Assembly (NCBI GenBank): GCA_023129115.1 | Contig: JAGMCR010000013.1 | Span: forward strand, 26,726-90,725 | Length of the DNA stretch: 64,000 bases | Reading direction: 5' to 3' | From: Candidatus Iainarchaeum sp. | GTDB lineage: Archaea > B1Sed10-29 > WALL01 | Part shown: positions 1-9,729 of the stretch, one piece after another | How positions within the stretch are numbered: position 1 is the stretch's first letter | Layout of the letters: every line of letters begins with the position of its first letter | Translations under genes and position numbers: made by a program | Notes under the pieces: model-generated | Database searches by the model: none | What the model saw: only the letters and a program-made list of their open reading frames with translations | What the model was told of the DNA's origin: nothing

Positions 1-2
1 AC

Positions 3-140
3 CCAGTTCCCTGCATACTGGTCACCGAAAGAAAAATTAAGCTCAAGAAGGGCTCACTTTACAACATAGCCCCCACAATTCTTGAGCTGATGGGCATCAA
101 AAAGCCGGGGAAAATGGCGGATAGCCTCGTTGTGCACTAA
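3..140 (+). CDS. gpmI: C-terminal fragment of a bacterial-type 2,3-BPG-independent phosphoglycerate mutase (partial, window edge)
   Basis: Manual translation gives PVPCILVTERKIKLKKGSLYNIAPTILELMGIKKPGKMADSLVVH*, matching the typical GpmI C-terminus (PVP..G.L.DIAPTIL.LMGI..P..M..SL). Confidence 0.75.
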   Translation, partial: PVPCILVTERKIKLKKGSLYNIAPTILELMGIKKPGKMADSLVVH

Positions 141-172
141 GCTTAAATACTTGGTTTTTGTTAGTTCGCTTA

Positions 173-1396
173 ATGAAATGTCTTTTTATAGTGGCGTCTG
201 GCGCGGGCGACCGCCCCATCAAGCGGCTGGGCAACAAGACGCCCTACCAATTGGCGCACACCCCCAACCTTGACCACTTGTCGGAAATCGGTGAGGACGG
301 GCTCATGGACCCGATTGCGCCAGGCATCTGGCCGGGCAGCGACACCAGCCACCTGCAATTATTTGGCTACGACCCACACGAGTACTACTTCGGCCGGGGC
401 CCAATCGAGGCACTTGGCGCGGGAATGGAACTGCAGGAGGGCGACATTGCGTTCCGCTGCAACTTCGCCACTGTCAAGGACGGCGTTATCGTGGACCGCC
501 GCGCGGGGCGAATCAAGGAAGGAACTGCCGAGCTCGCGCGGGCGCTGAACGAAATCGCCATCACAACTGTTCCCGGCGTCCAACTCATCTTCAAGGAGTC
601 GACCGAGCACCGCGCCGTCTTGGTCCTCCGCGGCACGAGCCTGTCCCCCCAAATAATCGACAACGACCCGCACGACGACGGCCTCCCCCCCACGAAAATC
701 ACTGCGCTGGAGCACACGGACGCAGCCATCCGCACGGCCAAGGCCTTGAGCGAGTTCATCGACAAGGCCCACAAAATCCTGCGCAGCCATCCCCTCAACC
801 GCGAGCGCGAGCTGCCGGCGAACTACATTCTTTGCCGCGGCGCGGGCGTCCTGAAGCGCCCGCCCACGTTCGAAGAAAAGTACGGGTTCAAGGGCGCCGT
901 AGTCGCCGCGTCGGGAATGATTATTGGCGTCGGGCGCCTCCTCGGCATGGACGTCATAATCCCGCCGGGCGCCACGGGCGGCTACGACACCGACTTGACC
1001 GCGAAGGCAGACGCCGCGCTCGAGGCGCTCAAAACCCACGACTACGTCTTCCTCCACATCAAGTGCACTGACCTCGCGGGCCACGACGGCGACCCCGAGA
1101 AAAAAATCGAGCTCATCGAAAAAGTTGATGAAATGGTCGGCTACATAACCCGTAACATTGACCTCGAGAACACGATTATTGCTTTCACGAGCGACCACTC
1201 GACGCCGTGCTCGGTCCGCAACCACTCGGCCGACCCCGTGCCCCTCGTAATCGCCGGGGGGGACGTGCGCTTCGACTACGTGAAGCACTTCGACGAGCTG
1301 AGCGCGACGCAGGGCGCGCTCTTCAAGATTTCCGGCAAGGACTTGTTCCCCATCCTCCTGGACTTCATGGGGCGGGCAAAGAAATACGGTGCCTAG
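173..1396 (+). CDS. apgM: Archaeal-type 2,3-BPG-independent phosphoglycerate mutase
   Basis: Motifs PGSDTSHL, GRGPIEALG, DRRAGRI, DLAGHDGD, SDHSTP and HSADPVP; ATG at 173. Confidence 0.9.
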   Translation: MKCLFIVASGAGDRPIKRLGNKTPYQLAHTPNLDHLSEIGEDGLMDPIAPGIWPGSDTSHLQLFGYDPHEYYFGRGPIEALGAGMELQEGDIAFRCNFATVKDGVIVDRRAGRIKEGTAELARALNEIAITTVPGVQLIFKESTEHRAVLVLRGTSLSPQIIDNDPHDDGLPPTKITALEHTDAAIRTAKALSEFIDKAHKILRSHPLNRERELPANYILCRGAGVLKRPPTFEEKYGFKGAVVAASGMIIGVGRLLGMDVIIPPGATGGYDTDLTAKADAALEALKTHDYVFLHIKCTDLAGHDGDPEKKIELIEKVDEMVGYITRNIDLENTIIAFTSDHSTPCSVRNHSADPVPLVIAGGDVRFDYVKHFDELSATQGALFKISGKDLFPILLDFMGRAKKYGA

Positions 1397-1397
1397 A

Positions 1398-1898
1398 ATG
1401 ACAAACTACAAGGGCCACTTCATTGGCGGGATGCTGGTCTGGCTGCTCTCGCTCGGGCTGTTCTGGCACCAGTACTCGTCCCTCCCGCTGCAGCAGCTCC
1501 TCCCGTTTGCGCTGACGACTTTCTTCATCTGCTTCCTTGGCTCGCTGCTGCCGGACACTGACACCCCCAAGTCAAAAATCGGCGGCCTCCTGCAGCTCAC
1601 AGTGATTGTGACAGCGCTTTTGTTCGGCTTCACGCGGTTCTTCCGCGACTTCAGCAACCCTGTCGCCAGCGCAATCAACACGGCAATCGTGGGGATAGCG
1701 GTCTTCATGGTTTTCGTGCTGGCCCGCCCGCGACACCGCGGCGCGACGCACACGCTCCGCGCCAATCTGATTTACGGCCTCGTCGTGTTCTTATTTTTCT
1801 TTTTGTCGGCGGGCCTTTACGACGCGGCGTTTTTTGGCGTGCTTGCGTTCCTTAGCTATTTTTCGCATCTCGTGCTTGACCGCCAGGTCACGTTCTGA
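1398..1898 (+). CDS. Membrane-bound metal-dependent hydrolase (YdjM-like)
   Basis: N-terminal His, LLPDTD, HRGATH and SHLVLD motifs with several TM helices. Confidence 0.8.
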   Translation: MTNYKGHFIGGMLVWLLSLGLFWHQYSSLPLQQLLPFALTTFFICFLGSLLPDTDTPKSKIGGLLQLTVIVTALLFGFTRFFRDFSNPVASAINTAIVGIAVFMVFVLARPRHRGATHTLRANLIYGLVVFLFFFLSAGLYDAAFFGVLAFLSYFSHLVLDRQVTF

Positions 1899-3044
1899 CT
1901 GCTTTATGCGCGCGGTGAGCTGCCTCATCACGAGCGGCGCGGTAAGCGTGGTAACAATCGAGAGGGCGACGAGCGCGGTTATCGTGGCGTTGTCCAGCAG
2001 CCCGAAGCCGAGCGCGGCGAACGCCGCGGCCAGCGTCGTGGAGAGCTGCGGCGTGGTCGCGAACCCCATCAGCAGGCTCTCGGTTTTACTGAAGTTCGTT
2101 AGCCTGCCAGCGACGTATCCGCTCACGACCTTCGAGACAATGAGCCCGAACACCACCAGCCCGACGAACAAGTAGCTCTCGGCCGACACCAGCACGCTCA
2201 AGTCCAGCTTGGTGCCAATCAAAATGAAGAAAGTCGGGATAAACAGTCCGTACGACAGCGTGCGTATTTTGACCATCAATCGCTCGTGGCGCACTGTTTC
2301 AGCAAGCAGCAGCCCAATGATGAACCCCGCGACAATGGAGTGCACGCCCAATGCCTCGAAATAAATCGCAGTGCCAACGAGTATCATGAAGAAGAACAGC
2401 AGGTCGCGCTCGAACTGGTCGCGCTCGCCAATCAGCTTGTGGTATGTTTTGCTTATTGTCGGCAGCGCGAGCTTCATCACTACTACGGACAGCAGCAGTA
2501 TCACGTAGTACGCGATTATCGGCAGCTGCGTCTTGGGCATCATTGTCTGAAGCGCCATCGACAAGAGCAGCAGCGACCCGAGGTCCTCAAAGATTGCGGC
2601 GGTCAGTATGTTCTGCCCCAGCTCTTTCTTTATCAGCCCGCTTTTCTCGAGCTGCGGGATAATGACTGCCACGGACGAAGAAATAAACACGATTCCGAGC
2701 ACGAGCGCGCTCATTATGCCGTACCCGAACACCGTCGCGATGCAGAACCCCGTGAGGAACGGCAGTATCGAGTTCAGCGTTATCAGGAGGAACGCGTTCC
2801 GCGTCAAGTACTTCTTGTGCTTGACGTTTACTTCCAGCCCAGCCATGAACATGAGGAAGATGACCCCAATTGCGGCGATGGCCTCAATCGTGGGGTCCGG
2901 GGTGAATATGTTGAGGGCGTACGGCCCAATCACTATTCCGGAAAGGATTAGTGCGGTGACGTACGGGATTTGGATTCTGCTGAGTAGCCCAGAGAACACG
3001 ACGCCGGCCGTAATCACGATGAGGAAGTTTATGAAGTCGGTCAT
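1791..3044 (-). CDS. Cation:proton antiporter (CPA2/KefB-like)
   Basis: About 12 TM segments; GIVIGP, FLMFMAGLE, AAIFEDL and FIPTFFILIG motifs; likely start MTDFINF. Confidence 0.85.
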   Translation of the reverse strand: MTDFINFLIVITAGVVFSGLLSRIQIPYVTALILSGIVIGPYALNIFTPDPTIEAIAAIGVIFLMFMAGLEVNVKHKKYLTRNAFLLITLNSILPFLTGFCIATVFGYGIMSALVLGIVFISSSVAVIIPQLEKSGLIKKELGQNILTAAIFEDLGSLLLLSMALQTMMPKTQLPIIAYYVILLLSVVVMKLALPTISKTYHKLIGERDQFERDLLFFFMILVGTAIYFEALGVHSIVAGFIIGLLLAETVRHERLMVKIRTLSYGLFIPTFFILIGTKLDLSVLVSAESYLFVGLVVFGLIVSKVVSGYVAGRLTNFSKTESLLMGFATTPQLSTTLAAAFAALGFGLLDNATITALVALSIVTTLTAPLVMRQLTARIKQSERDLAVKHEMRKIAKERKHAKKRRVVKARRQKEK

Positions 3045-4033
3045 CTCTTCAACCCCACTTTGTAGCCCCATCCTTTTACATGCACATTCTTCCCTGCCTT
3101 GAGTGCGTTAGAGTCTTTCCGCAGTACGGTGAAATACCTCTCTTTTTTCTTGAGGGATTCCTCGTGCACGAACCCTTGTTCCTCAAAGCTCTTGATGAGG
3201 TCCTTTATGGGCGTCTCTTTTGGGTCCCCGTGGTGCGTGAAGACGAATTTCCCGCCTTCCCTGAGCGCCTTTTTCAGTTCCCACACAAGCGAAACGTTTG
3301 CGGTTACCGCCGAGAGCCAGCCAATGGAGTCAATCATCAACGCCTTGTCGAACTCTTGTTTCCTGACTTCTTTCGGGAATGGCAGGCTTTCTTGGAGTAT
3401 CTGAAAAATATTGTTCACCTTGCCTTGCTTGAACTTGCCCTTGTACAAGTCCAGGTCGGCCTGAATGAACTCAACGTTCTTCATGTCCTTGTTGTGCTCT
3501 TTCGCTATCTTCAGCGGCTCTTCGTGCTTGTCGACGCCAACTACTCTCCCTTTTTCACCCACAATCTTCCCGACTTCTTTCGTGAGTATCCCTGTGCCGC
3601 TGCACAAGTCAAGGATTTTCTCGCCTTTTTCGATTGGGATTTCTTTCCACGCGTCCTTGAATTCTTCCAGCGCGAAATTCTTCCGGAAGAATGCCTCGAC
3701 AGGCGCCATGGAACCATAAATGACTGCCCCCGGCTCTTCGAACCTGTGCTCTTGGAAAGTCCTTACAAACTCTTCCACAACGCCCTGGAACTTCTTGTCT
3801 TTGATGAGCTCTTCTGTAACGTTATTGTATGTGTTCAGTCTGTACTGGTCAAGCAATACATACGTGGGGATGTTGACCTTCAATTCCTTGTCGCCAAACT
3901 TTATCTCCACAAGATTTTTCTCGTCGTTCAGCTCGCCGCTGTCCAGCAGTGAATCAGCGTAGTCCATTAGCTCAAAGCTCCCCACGTCCTCCAGGCCCTT
4001 GCGTATCTTCACGAGCTTTATCGGCCTTTTCAT
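3041..4033 (-). CDS. Class I SAM-dependent methyltransferase with an orphan N-terminal region
   Basis: KILDLCSGTG motif I, VVGVD and LREGGKFV. Confidence 0.75.
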   Translation of the reverse strand: MKRPIKLVKIRKGLEDVGSFELMDYADSLLDSGELNDEKNLVEIKFGDKELKVNIPTYVLLDQYRLNTYNNVTEELIKDKKFQGVVEEFVRTFQEHRFEEPGAVIYGSMAPVEAFFRKNFALEEFKDAWKEIPIEKGEKILDLCSGTGILTKEVGKIVGEKGRVVGVDKHEEPLKIAKEHNKDMKNVEFIQADLDLYKGKFKQGKVNNIFQILQESLPFPKEVRKQEFDKALMIDSIGWLSAVTANVSLVWELKKALREGGKFVFTHHGDPKETPIKDLIKSFEEQGFVHEESLKKKERYFTVLRKDSNALKAGKNVHVKGWGYKVGLKR

Positions 4034-4034
4034 C

Positions 4035-5318
4035 CTACGGCACCAGCCTGGTTTTGTCCCTCGGGAAAAGCACTGCCTCGCGCACGTTCGCCAGCCCCAG
4101 CAATTTCTGCACTAACCTGTCGACTCCAAGCCCAACGCCGCCGTGTGGCGGCATGCCGTACTTGAACGCGCTTAGGTAAAACCTAAAATCCTTGGGCTTT
4201 AATTTCAGCTTTTTCATCCGCGCCTCGAGCTCGCCGTGCCTGTGCTCCCTCTGCCCGCCGCTCGCCAATTCCAGCCCCAAATACCCCAAATCAAACGATT
4301 GCGAGAACTCGCCGTCTTCCATGATGTAAAACGGCTTTTCGGCGTGAGGGAACCCAGTGATGAAGTAAAACTCTTCGCCCACCAATTCGCCAAGCAATTT
4401 TTCTGCCTCGCTGTCCAGGTCGTTCCCAATTTCCTTGCCCTCCTTGGCCAGCATGTCCTTGGCCTCGGTGAACGTTATCCTCTTGAACGGCGTCTTTGGC
4501 ACCACAACGTCCTTGCCAAGCAACTCCAATTCTTCCGCCGCCTCTTTCTTGGTGTGCTTGATTGCGGCCGCAACCATTTCTTCGGTGGCGCGCATCACGT
4601 CTTCCTGTGACTCAATGAACGCCATCTCGAAGTCCAGCGAAATGAACTCGCTCACGTGCTTGGTGGTCGCGCTTGGTTCCGCGCGAAACGCCGGCGCAAT
4701 CTCATAGACCTTGTCCAGCCCCGTCGCCATCAAGGCCTGCTTGAACAATTGCGGGCTCTGCGTCAAGAAAGCTTTCTTGCCGAAGTAGTCGATTGGGAAC
4801 AGTGTCGCGCCGCCCTCGGCGCCGGCCTCCACTATTTTTGGGGTGTGCACTTCGACGAACCCCTCGCCCTCGAGGTATTCCCTTATGCCCGTGAGCAGCG
4901 AGTCGCGCACCGTGAACACTGCCGTCACGGCGGGCTGCCTGAGGTCCATGAACCGCGAGTCCAGCCGTGTCTCTAATTCGCTCGTGATTTTTCCCGAGAC
5001 GTCCATGGGGAGCGGCACTTCTGCCTTGGACAGTACCTCAATCGTGTCCGGTATGATTTCCCTGCCGCCGGGCGCGTCCTTGTTTTGCTTGAGCTCGCCC
5101 TTGACTGCAATCACGCTTTCCTTGGTGAGCTGCGCGGCCTCGTCGTAGATGACGCCGACTTTGGACTTTGGCATGGTCACTTGCACAGTGCCGTACCTGT
5201 CCCTTAATACAATAAACCCGATTTTCCCGAGCATCCGCAGCTGGTCGACCCAGCCCGCGACAGTAACCCCCCTGCCTTCCTGGCCCTCGAGCTCGTTGGT
5301 GTAGTGCGTACGCTTCAT
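4035..5318 (-). CDS. aspS: Archaeal-type aspartyl-tRNA synthetase
   Basis: OB domain (VAGWV..LRDR), TRLDSRFMDLR, QSPQLFKQ, FRAE and GMPPHGGVGLGVDRL. Confidence 0.95.
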   Translation of the reverse strand: MKRTHYTNELEGQEGRGVTVAGWVDQLRMLGKIGFIVLRDRYGTVQVTMPKSKVGVIYDEAAQLTKESVIAVKGELKQNKDAPGGREIIPDTIEVLSKAEVPLPMDVSGKITSELETRLDSRFMDLRQPAVTAVFTVRDSLLTGIREYLEGEGFVEVHTPKIVEAGAEGGATLFPIDYFGKKAFLTQSPQLFKQALMATGLDKVYEIAPAFRAEPSATTKHVSEFISLDFEMAFIESQEDVMRATEEMVAAAIKHTKKEAAEELELLGKDVVVPKTPFKRITFTEAKDMLAKEGKEIGNDLDSEAEKLLGELVGEEFYFITGFPHAEKPFYIMEDGEFSQSFDLGYLGLELASGGQREHRHGELEARMKKLKLKPKDFRFYLSAFKYGMPPHGGVGLGVDRLVQKLLGLANVREAVLFPRDKTRLVP

Positions 5319-5354
5319 GAAAGAGACTAAAACAAAGAGGGTTTTTATGGGTTT

Positions 5355-5849
5355 CTACTTGACCTCGAGCACGACTGCCTTGTCCATGATGGTGTTCGCG
5401 GCCTTTTGGAGGGTCTCGAGGTTGGTGATGAGCTTGTACTTGTCCTCGCGCGAGATAATGGCCTTGGTCTCCTCGCCACCGGGCTTGTAAACGATGTTTA
5501 TTCCCTGTATCCTCGCCGGCGCCACGAGGTCCCTCAGCGCGGTCTTGTCGTCCAGCGTGCTCACAACCCGGACCTTGCGGTTGAATTCCTTGCTGAGCAA
5601 GCGAATCACGCGCCCGCCCTTCCCCACGAGCGGCCCGACCTTGCCCTTCGTCGTAATCACCAGCAGCCCGTTGATGTCAAAAATCCTTTCGAAAGAAGCG
5701 CCGCGCACCAGGTCCCTCTGCTCAAGCTTCTGCAGCAGGCGCGCTAGCTGTATGTCGAGTTCGCCTATTTCCCCGTTACGCTGTTTCTCGGCGCACCCGT
5801 CACAAAGAATTCCACTCTTGACGCACTCCTCGCATAATGGGCCCTTCAT
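5355..5849 (-). CDS. NusA-like KH-domain protein with an N-terminal Zn motif
   Basis: CEECVKSGILCDGC and the KH loop LVGKGGRVIR. Confidence 0.75.
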   Translation of the reverse strand: MKGPLCEECVKSGILCDGCAEKQRNGEIGELDIQLARLLQKLEQRDLVRGASFERIFDINGLLVITTKGKVGPLVGKGGRVIRLLSKEFNRKVRVVSTLDDKTALRDLVAPARIQGINIVYKPGGEETKAIISREDKYKLITNLETLQKAANTIMDKAVVLEVK

Positions 5850-5864
5850 AGGGGGCTGCCCCCT

Positions 5865-6143
5865 TTACCTGCTGAGGGTGATTTCAATCGCCGAAACCCT
5901 GTTCGACTCGCCGCCGTCCGACGACAGCTCTTCCGTGCTGATGGATATGTCTTTGACCTTGGTGTCGGCCAGGAACCGGTGCCTCACGATTTCCGTCACG
6001 TCCACCGCGCGGCTAATCGCTTTCCCACGGGCTTTTACGGTCACTTCCTTCACGCCCGTGTTGAACTGCGTGACCACCGCAAGGACGTAGCTCATGACGC
6101 CCTTCTTGCCGATGAAGACCTGGTTCTCAGCGCTATCCGCCAT
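5865..6143 (-). CDS. albA: DNA/RNA-binding protein Alba
   Basis: [28 protein letters not shown] and VSAIEI. Confidence 0.95.
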   Translation of the reverse strand: MADSAENQVFIGKKGVMSYVLAVVTQFNTGVKEVTVKARGKAISRAVDVTEIVRHRFLADTKVKDISISTEELSSDGGESNRVSAIEITLSR

Positions 6144-6234
6144 CTGACACCCTCACCTACTATTGTAAACGCTCTGCTATAAAAAATTTACATCCAGCGC
6201 AATGCTTAAAAGCCCCGCACCCGTCTTTAGGGGC

Positions 6235-7896
6235 ATGGACTTCGCCGCCGTGGCAGAAACCCTTTCCACTCTCGAAGAGACGCCGTCCCGCCTCGAAATG
6301 ACCGAGATAGTGGCGTCCCTCCTCAAAAGCAGTGGCAGGGACCTCCGCACAGTAGTCCTCTTCATCCGGGGCCGCGTCTTCCCGCCGTGGGACCCCCGCG
6401 AAATTGGCGTCGCCCAAAAGTCCATGATAAAGTGCGTCTCCACAGCCACCGGCACCCCAGCAAAAAAAGTCGAGGAAACAATCGCGGCGCTCGGCGACAC
6501 CGGCCTCGCCGCCGAAGCACTCTTCACGAAAAAGCCGCAGACCACGCTCACCAAGAAAAAAATGTCCCTCGCCGAAATACATTCCTCGCTCGAAAAAATG
6601 GCTTCGTGGGAGGGCAAGGGCACCCAGGAAAAAAAGGGCAGGCACGTCATCGAGCTCCTCAACTCCGTTTCCCCGAACGAAGTAAAGTACCTTGTCCGCC
6701 TCGTGCTCGGCGAAATGCGCGTCGGCGTCGGCGAAGGAATCATGCGCGACGCCATTGCCAAGGCGTTCGGCGTCCCTGCCGCAGAAGCAGAGCGCGCGTT
6801 TTCACTAATCAACGACTACTCCGAGGTCGCCGAAATCGCGCGCACCAAGGGCGAGGCCGGGCTAAAGAAAATCGGCATTTTATTGTTCCGCCCGCTGCGG
6901 CCAATGCTCGCACAAACAGTGCACTCTGTCCAGGAGGCATTGGACAACGGTTGCAGGGCTTGGGAATATAAATACGATGGAATGAGAATACAGGCCCACA
7001 TCAAAAACGGCGAGGTCCGCGTCTTCACGCGCCGCCTCGACGACGTCACCCACCAGTTCCCGGACGTCGCCGAAGCCATCAAAAACACCGTAACCGCCAA
7101 GGAGGCAATCATCGAGGGCGAGACAGTCGCCGTCGACGAGTCCGAGCGCCCGCGCCCGTTCCAGTTCCTGTCGCGCCGCATCAAGCGCAAGTACAAAATC
7201 GACGAAATGGTGCGCGACATTCCCGTCATTACCTACTTGTTCGACTGCATGTACCTCGACGGCAAGAACCTCACCACCCAAAAAATGAAGGGGCGCCGCG
7301 CGGCGCTCAACAAAATTGTCACAGAAGGCAACCACGTGAAGTTCTCGAGGACGCTCATCACAAACTCTGCCGACAAGGCCGAGTCCTTCTACAAAGAATC
7401 ACTAAAACTCGGCCACGAGGGGGTGATGGCCAAGAACCTGGGCGCCGCGTACAAGCCGGGCTCGCGGGTCGGGTACATGTACAAATTAAAGCCCGTCACC
7501 GAGACCCTTGACTTGGTCATCGTGGCTGCGGAGTGGGGCGAGGGGCGGAGAGCCAACTGGCTCGGCTCTTACCTCCTGGCCTGCCGCGACCCGGACACGA
7601 ACGAGTTCCTCTCGATTGGCCGAATGGCGACTGGAGCCAAGGACGAGCAGCTCCAGTACCTCACTGACACGCTAAAGCCCACAATCGAGTTCCAGAAGGG
7701 CAAGTTCGTCAAGCTGAGGCCCACTCTCGTCGTCGAGGCCGGCTACCAGGAAATCCAGAAGTCGCCCACGTACGAGAGCGGCTACGCGCTGCGCTTCCCC
7801 CGCTTAATCACAATCCGCGAGGACCGCGCCCCCGAGGAATGCGACTCGCTGGACCGGGTTGCGTCTTTGCACGAGCGGTTCACTGCGAAGAAATAG
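6235..7896 (+). CDS. lig: ATP-dependent DNA ligase
   Basis: Adenylation motif EYKYDG, EGVMAK, KLKP and ALRFPR. Confidence 0.95.
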   Translation: MDFAAVAETLSTLEETPSRLEMTEIVASLLKSSGRDLRTVVLFIRGRVFPPWDPREIGVAQKSMIKCVSTATGTPAKKVEETIAALGDTGLAAEALFTKKPQTTLTKKKMSLAEIHSSLEKMASWEGKGTQEKKGRHVIELLNSVSPNEVKYLVRLVLGEMRVGVGEGIMRDAIAKAFGVPAAEAERAFSLINDYSEVAEIARTKGEAGLKKIGILLFRPLRPMLAQTVHSVQEALDNGCRAWEYKYDGMRIQAHIKNGEVRVFTRRLDDVTHQFPDVAEAIKNTVTAKEAIIEGETVAVDESERPRPFQFLSRRIKRKYKIDEMVRDIPVITYLFDCMYLDGKNLTTQKMKGRRAALNKIVTEGNHVKFSRTLITNSADKAESFYKESLKLGHEGVMAKNLGAAYKPGSRVGYMYKLKPVTETLDLVIVAAEWGEGRRANWLGSYLLACRDPDTNEFLSIGRMATGAKDEQLQYLTDTLKPTIEFQKGKFVKLRPTLVVEAGYQEIQKSPTYESGYALRFPRLITIREDRAPEECDSLDRVASLHERFTAKK

Positions 7897-8229
7897 CTAT
7901 GCCGTAATGGGGATGGGTATCGAGTCCTGGAGCGGTTCTTTGTAAATGGACAACAGCTTGAAGCCCACGACCAGGTTGTCCCCTTTTATGTTGTACTTTA
8001 GCTCTGCCGCTTTTATTCCTTCCAATGCTTTTTCTGTTTGTGCGGTTGTCAAGTCTACCCCAATCACTTCAGAAGCGTCAAATATTTCCAGCCCACTCAC
8101 TCTGTCTTTGTCGTCCATATCCACGACGAATATATCATCGGCCGAAACCAAGGAGTACTGTGATTTTCTCCCCTTCACGTTTAGCAGTAGTATGTCTTCG
8201 TCCTTGTTGTATACCCATTCCGCTTTCAT
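7897..8229 (-). CDS. DUF2283-like protein (putative antitoxin)
   Basis: YNKDEDILLL...VVDMDDKDRVSGLEIFDAS pattern; its start overlaps the upstream stop. Confidence 0.7.
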   Translation of the reverse strand: MKAEWVYNKDEDILLLNVKGRKSQYSLVSADDIFVVDMDDKDRVSGLEIFDASEVIGVDLTTAQTEKALEGIKAAELKYNIKGDNLVVGFKLLSIYKEPLQDSIPIPITA

Positions 8230-8585
8230 TTCTTCTTCGCCTCCGGTATCCGCCTTTTGTTGAACCGTGACTTCCGCTTCTTCTTCCGCAACCAATTATA
8301 CGAGATGACTATTAAATGGTTATCCCTGAATCTCACAACCACTCTTAAATCGTAAGTCCTGCTGCCATGGAACACAAGTAGCGTTCGTCCTTTTCTGGCT
8401 TTCTCCGCTTTTTTTAGCCCAGTGAGCCGGTTCTCAAAAAAGTCCAAAACTTTTTCCTTGGGTGGCCGCCCCTGCCTTTCCTCGATTTCGGTGACGTGTG
8501 GGGTGAACACTATAACGGATTGGCGTATCCTCTCCCGTGTTTCCTTGATGTCAAGGGGCTCTTTTTTCAGGGCATCAATTCTCAT
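8226..8585 (-). CDS. DUF4258/RelE-like small basic protein (putative toxin)
   Basis: FTPH motif, LRVVVRF..LIVIS beta strands, and pairing with the DUF2283-like gene. Confidence 0.5.
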   Translation of the reverse strand: MRIDALKKEPLDIKETRERIRQSVIVFTPHVTEIEERQGRPPKEKVLDFFENRLTGLKKAEKARKGRTLLVFHGSRTYDLRVVVRFRDNHLIVISYNWLRKKKRKSRFNKRRIPEAKKK

Positions 8586-8663
8586 CCCACTCTTTAGTAT
8601 GTCCGCTCAGTATAAAAACCGCTTCTGCTACGGCCTGCCGAGAAAAAAGAGTTGGGTGGGCCA

Positions 8664-8768
8664 CGCTTCCCCCGCTTAATCACAATCCGCGAGGACCGCG
8701 CGCCCGAGGAGTGCGACTCGCTGGACCGGGTTGCCGCTCTGCACGAGCGGTTCACCGCGAAGAAGTAG
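8664..8768 (+). repeat. Second copy of the last 105 nt of lig (7792-7896)
   Basis: Encodes RFPRLITIREDRAPEECDSLDRVAALHERFTAKK*; 7 differences, 6 synonymous. Confidence 0.95.
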
Positions 8769-9591
8769 GTGTTCTTGTCACTTCTTTCATCATGAAGGCG
8801 TCTATCGGGGCGTCGTGCGCGTAGTAGTCCCGCATTTCCCTCAGCTCTTTGTCCCTGATGTGGGGGTGCTTTGCCAGGTAATTGAAGAAGGTCAGGTACT
8901 CGTTTTCCGGGGTCACGTGCTTTATCCTGTTCCTGAACATTATGGTTAGGGCGTCCTGGAGAGCGTGTGCCGTTGGGTTTTTGGTCGCGAACTTAATCGC
9001 TGATTCTTTGTCCAGTATCCGTGTTTTCGTTTCTTTGGAGGCGGTTTTGACTTCTACTTTCAGTGATTTTTCTTCCATTTTCTGGTAATCCGAGTTAGGC
9101 ACTACGTTGATGTAGAAGTCAAGCTTCCTGGCCTTCAATAGGCGAAAAGTAACCCGCTTGGCTTTCAGCTTTTTCTCAATCTTTTTGATGTTGTCTTCGA
9201 CAGTCACGAGCTCCACGTTTTTGCCCATGCGGTACTCTGCATAGACAATGGTTGTTATAGGCCTGTTGACCAGGGCCAGGCCTTTTATTTCGTCCAATAG
9301 CTCAATCATGGCATTTGCTATTTCCGGCAGCTCCGCGCGTTCCAATGGCTTCCTGCCCGCTTTCTCTTTTTTGCGGATAACTGCTATTTGCCTATCCGTT
9401 AGTGCTTTCCTGGCTTCTTTGGTTATCTCGGTGTTTGGTGTCACAACAACGGTTTTCAATCTCTTAAACCGCTCAAGTTTTTTGGTTGCCCCGATGCCCA
9501 CGTAATTGTTAAATTTGACACTAGTGATATTGTTAGGGAGTCCTACCAGGTCGTCACTGTTTCGTATGTAGTCCATGCCAAGCCTCATCAA
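8752..9591 (-). CDS. Hypothetical protein (N-terminus weakly DUF1699-like)
   Basis: 279-aa ORF of lower GC with an AT-rich upstream region; family call is tentative. Confidence 0.65.
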   Translation of the reverse strand: MMRLGMDYIRNSDDLVGLPNNITSVKFNNYVGIGATKKLERFKRLKTVVVTPNTEITKEARKALTDRQIAVIRKKEKAGRKPLERAELPEIANAMIELLDEIKGLALVNRPITTIVYAEYRMGKNVELVTVEDNIKKIEKKLKAKRVTFRLLKARKLDFYINVVPNSDYQKMEEKSLKVEVKTASKETKTRILDKESAIKFATKNPTAHALQDALTIMFRNRIKHVTPENEYLTFFNYLAKHPHIRDKELREMRDYYAHDAPIDAFMMKEVTRTPTSSR

Positions 9592-9729
9592 TCATGATGT
9601 ATCACTATGCTCACTAGTATCACGATAGTCACTATTATGCAAATTTGCATATTTATGTATTTTTATAGAAATCCAATTTTATTTGGGTTAGGCACTATAT
9701 TTTTATAGTTGGGTGCCAGGAGTACACCC

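Noticed and set aside
7792-8768. Diversity-generating retroelement (VR/TR pair)
   Set aside because: Differences are not adenine-specific, are almost all synonymous, and no reverse transcriptase is present in the window.
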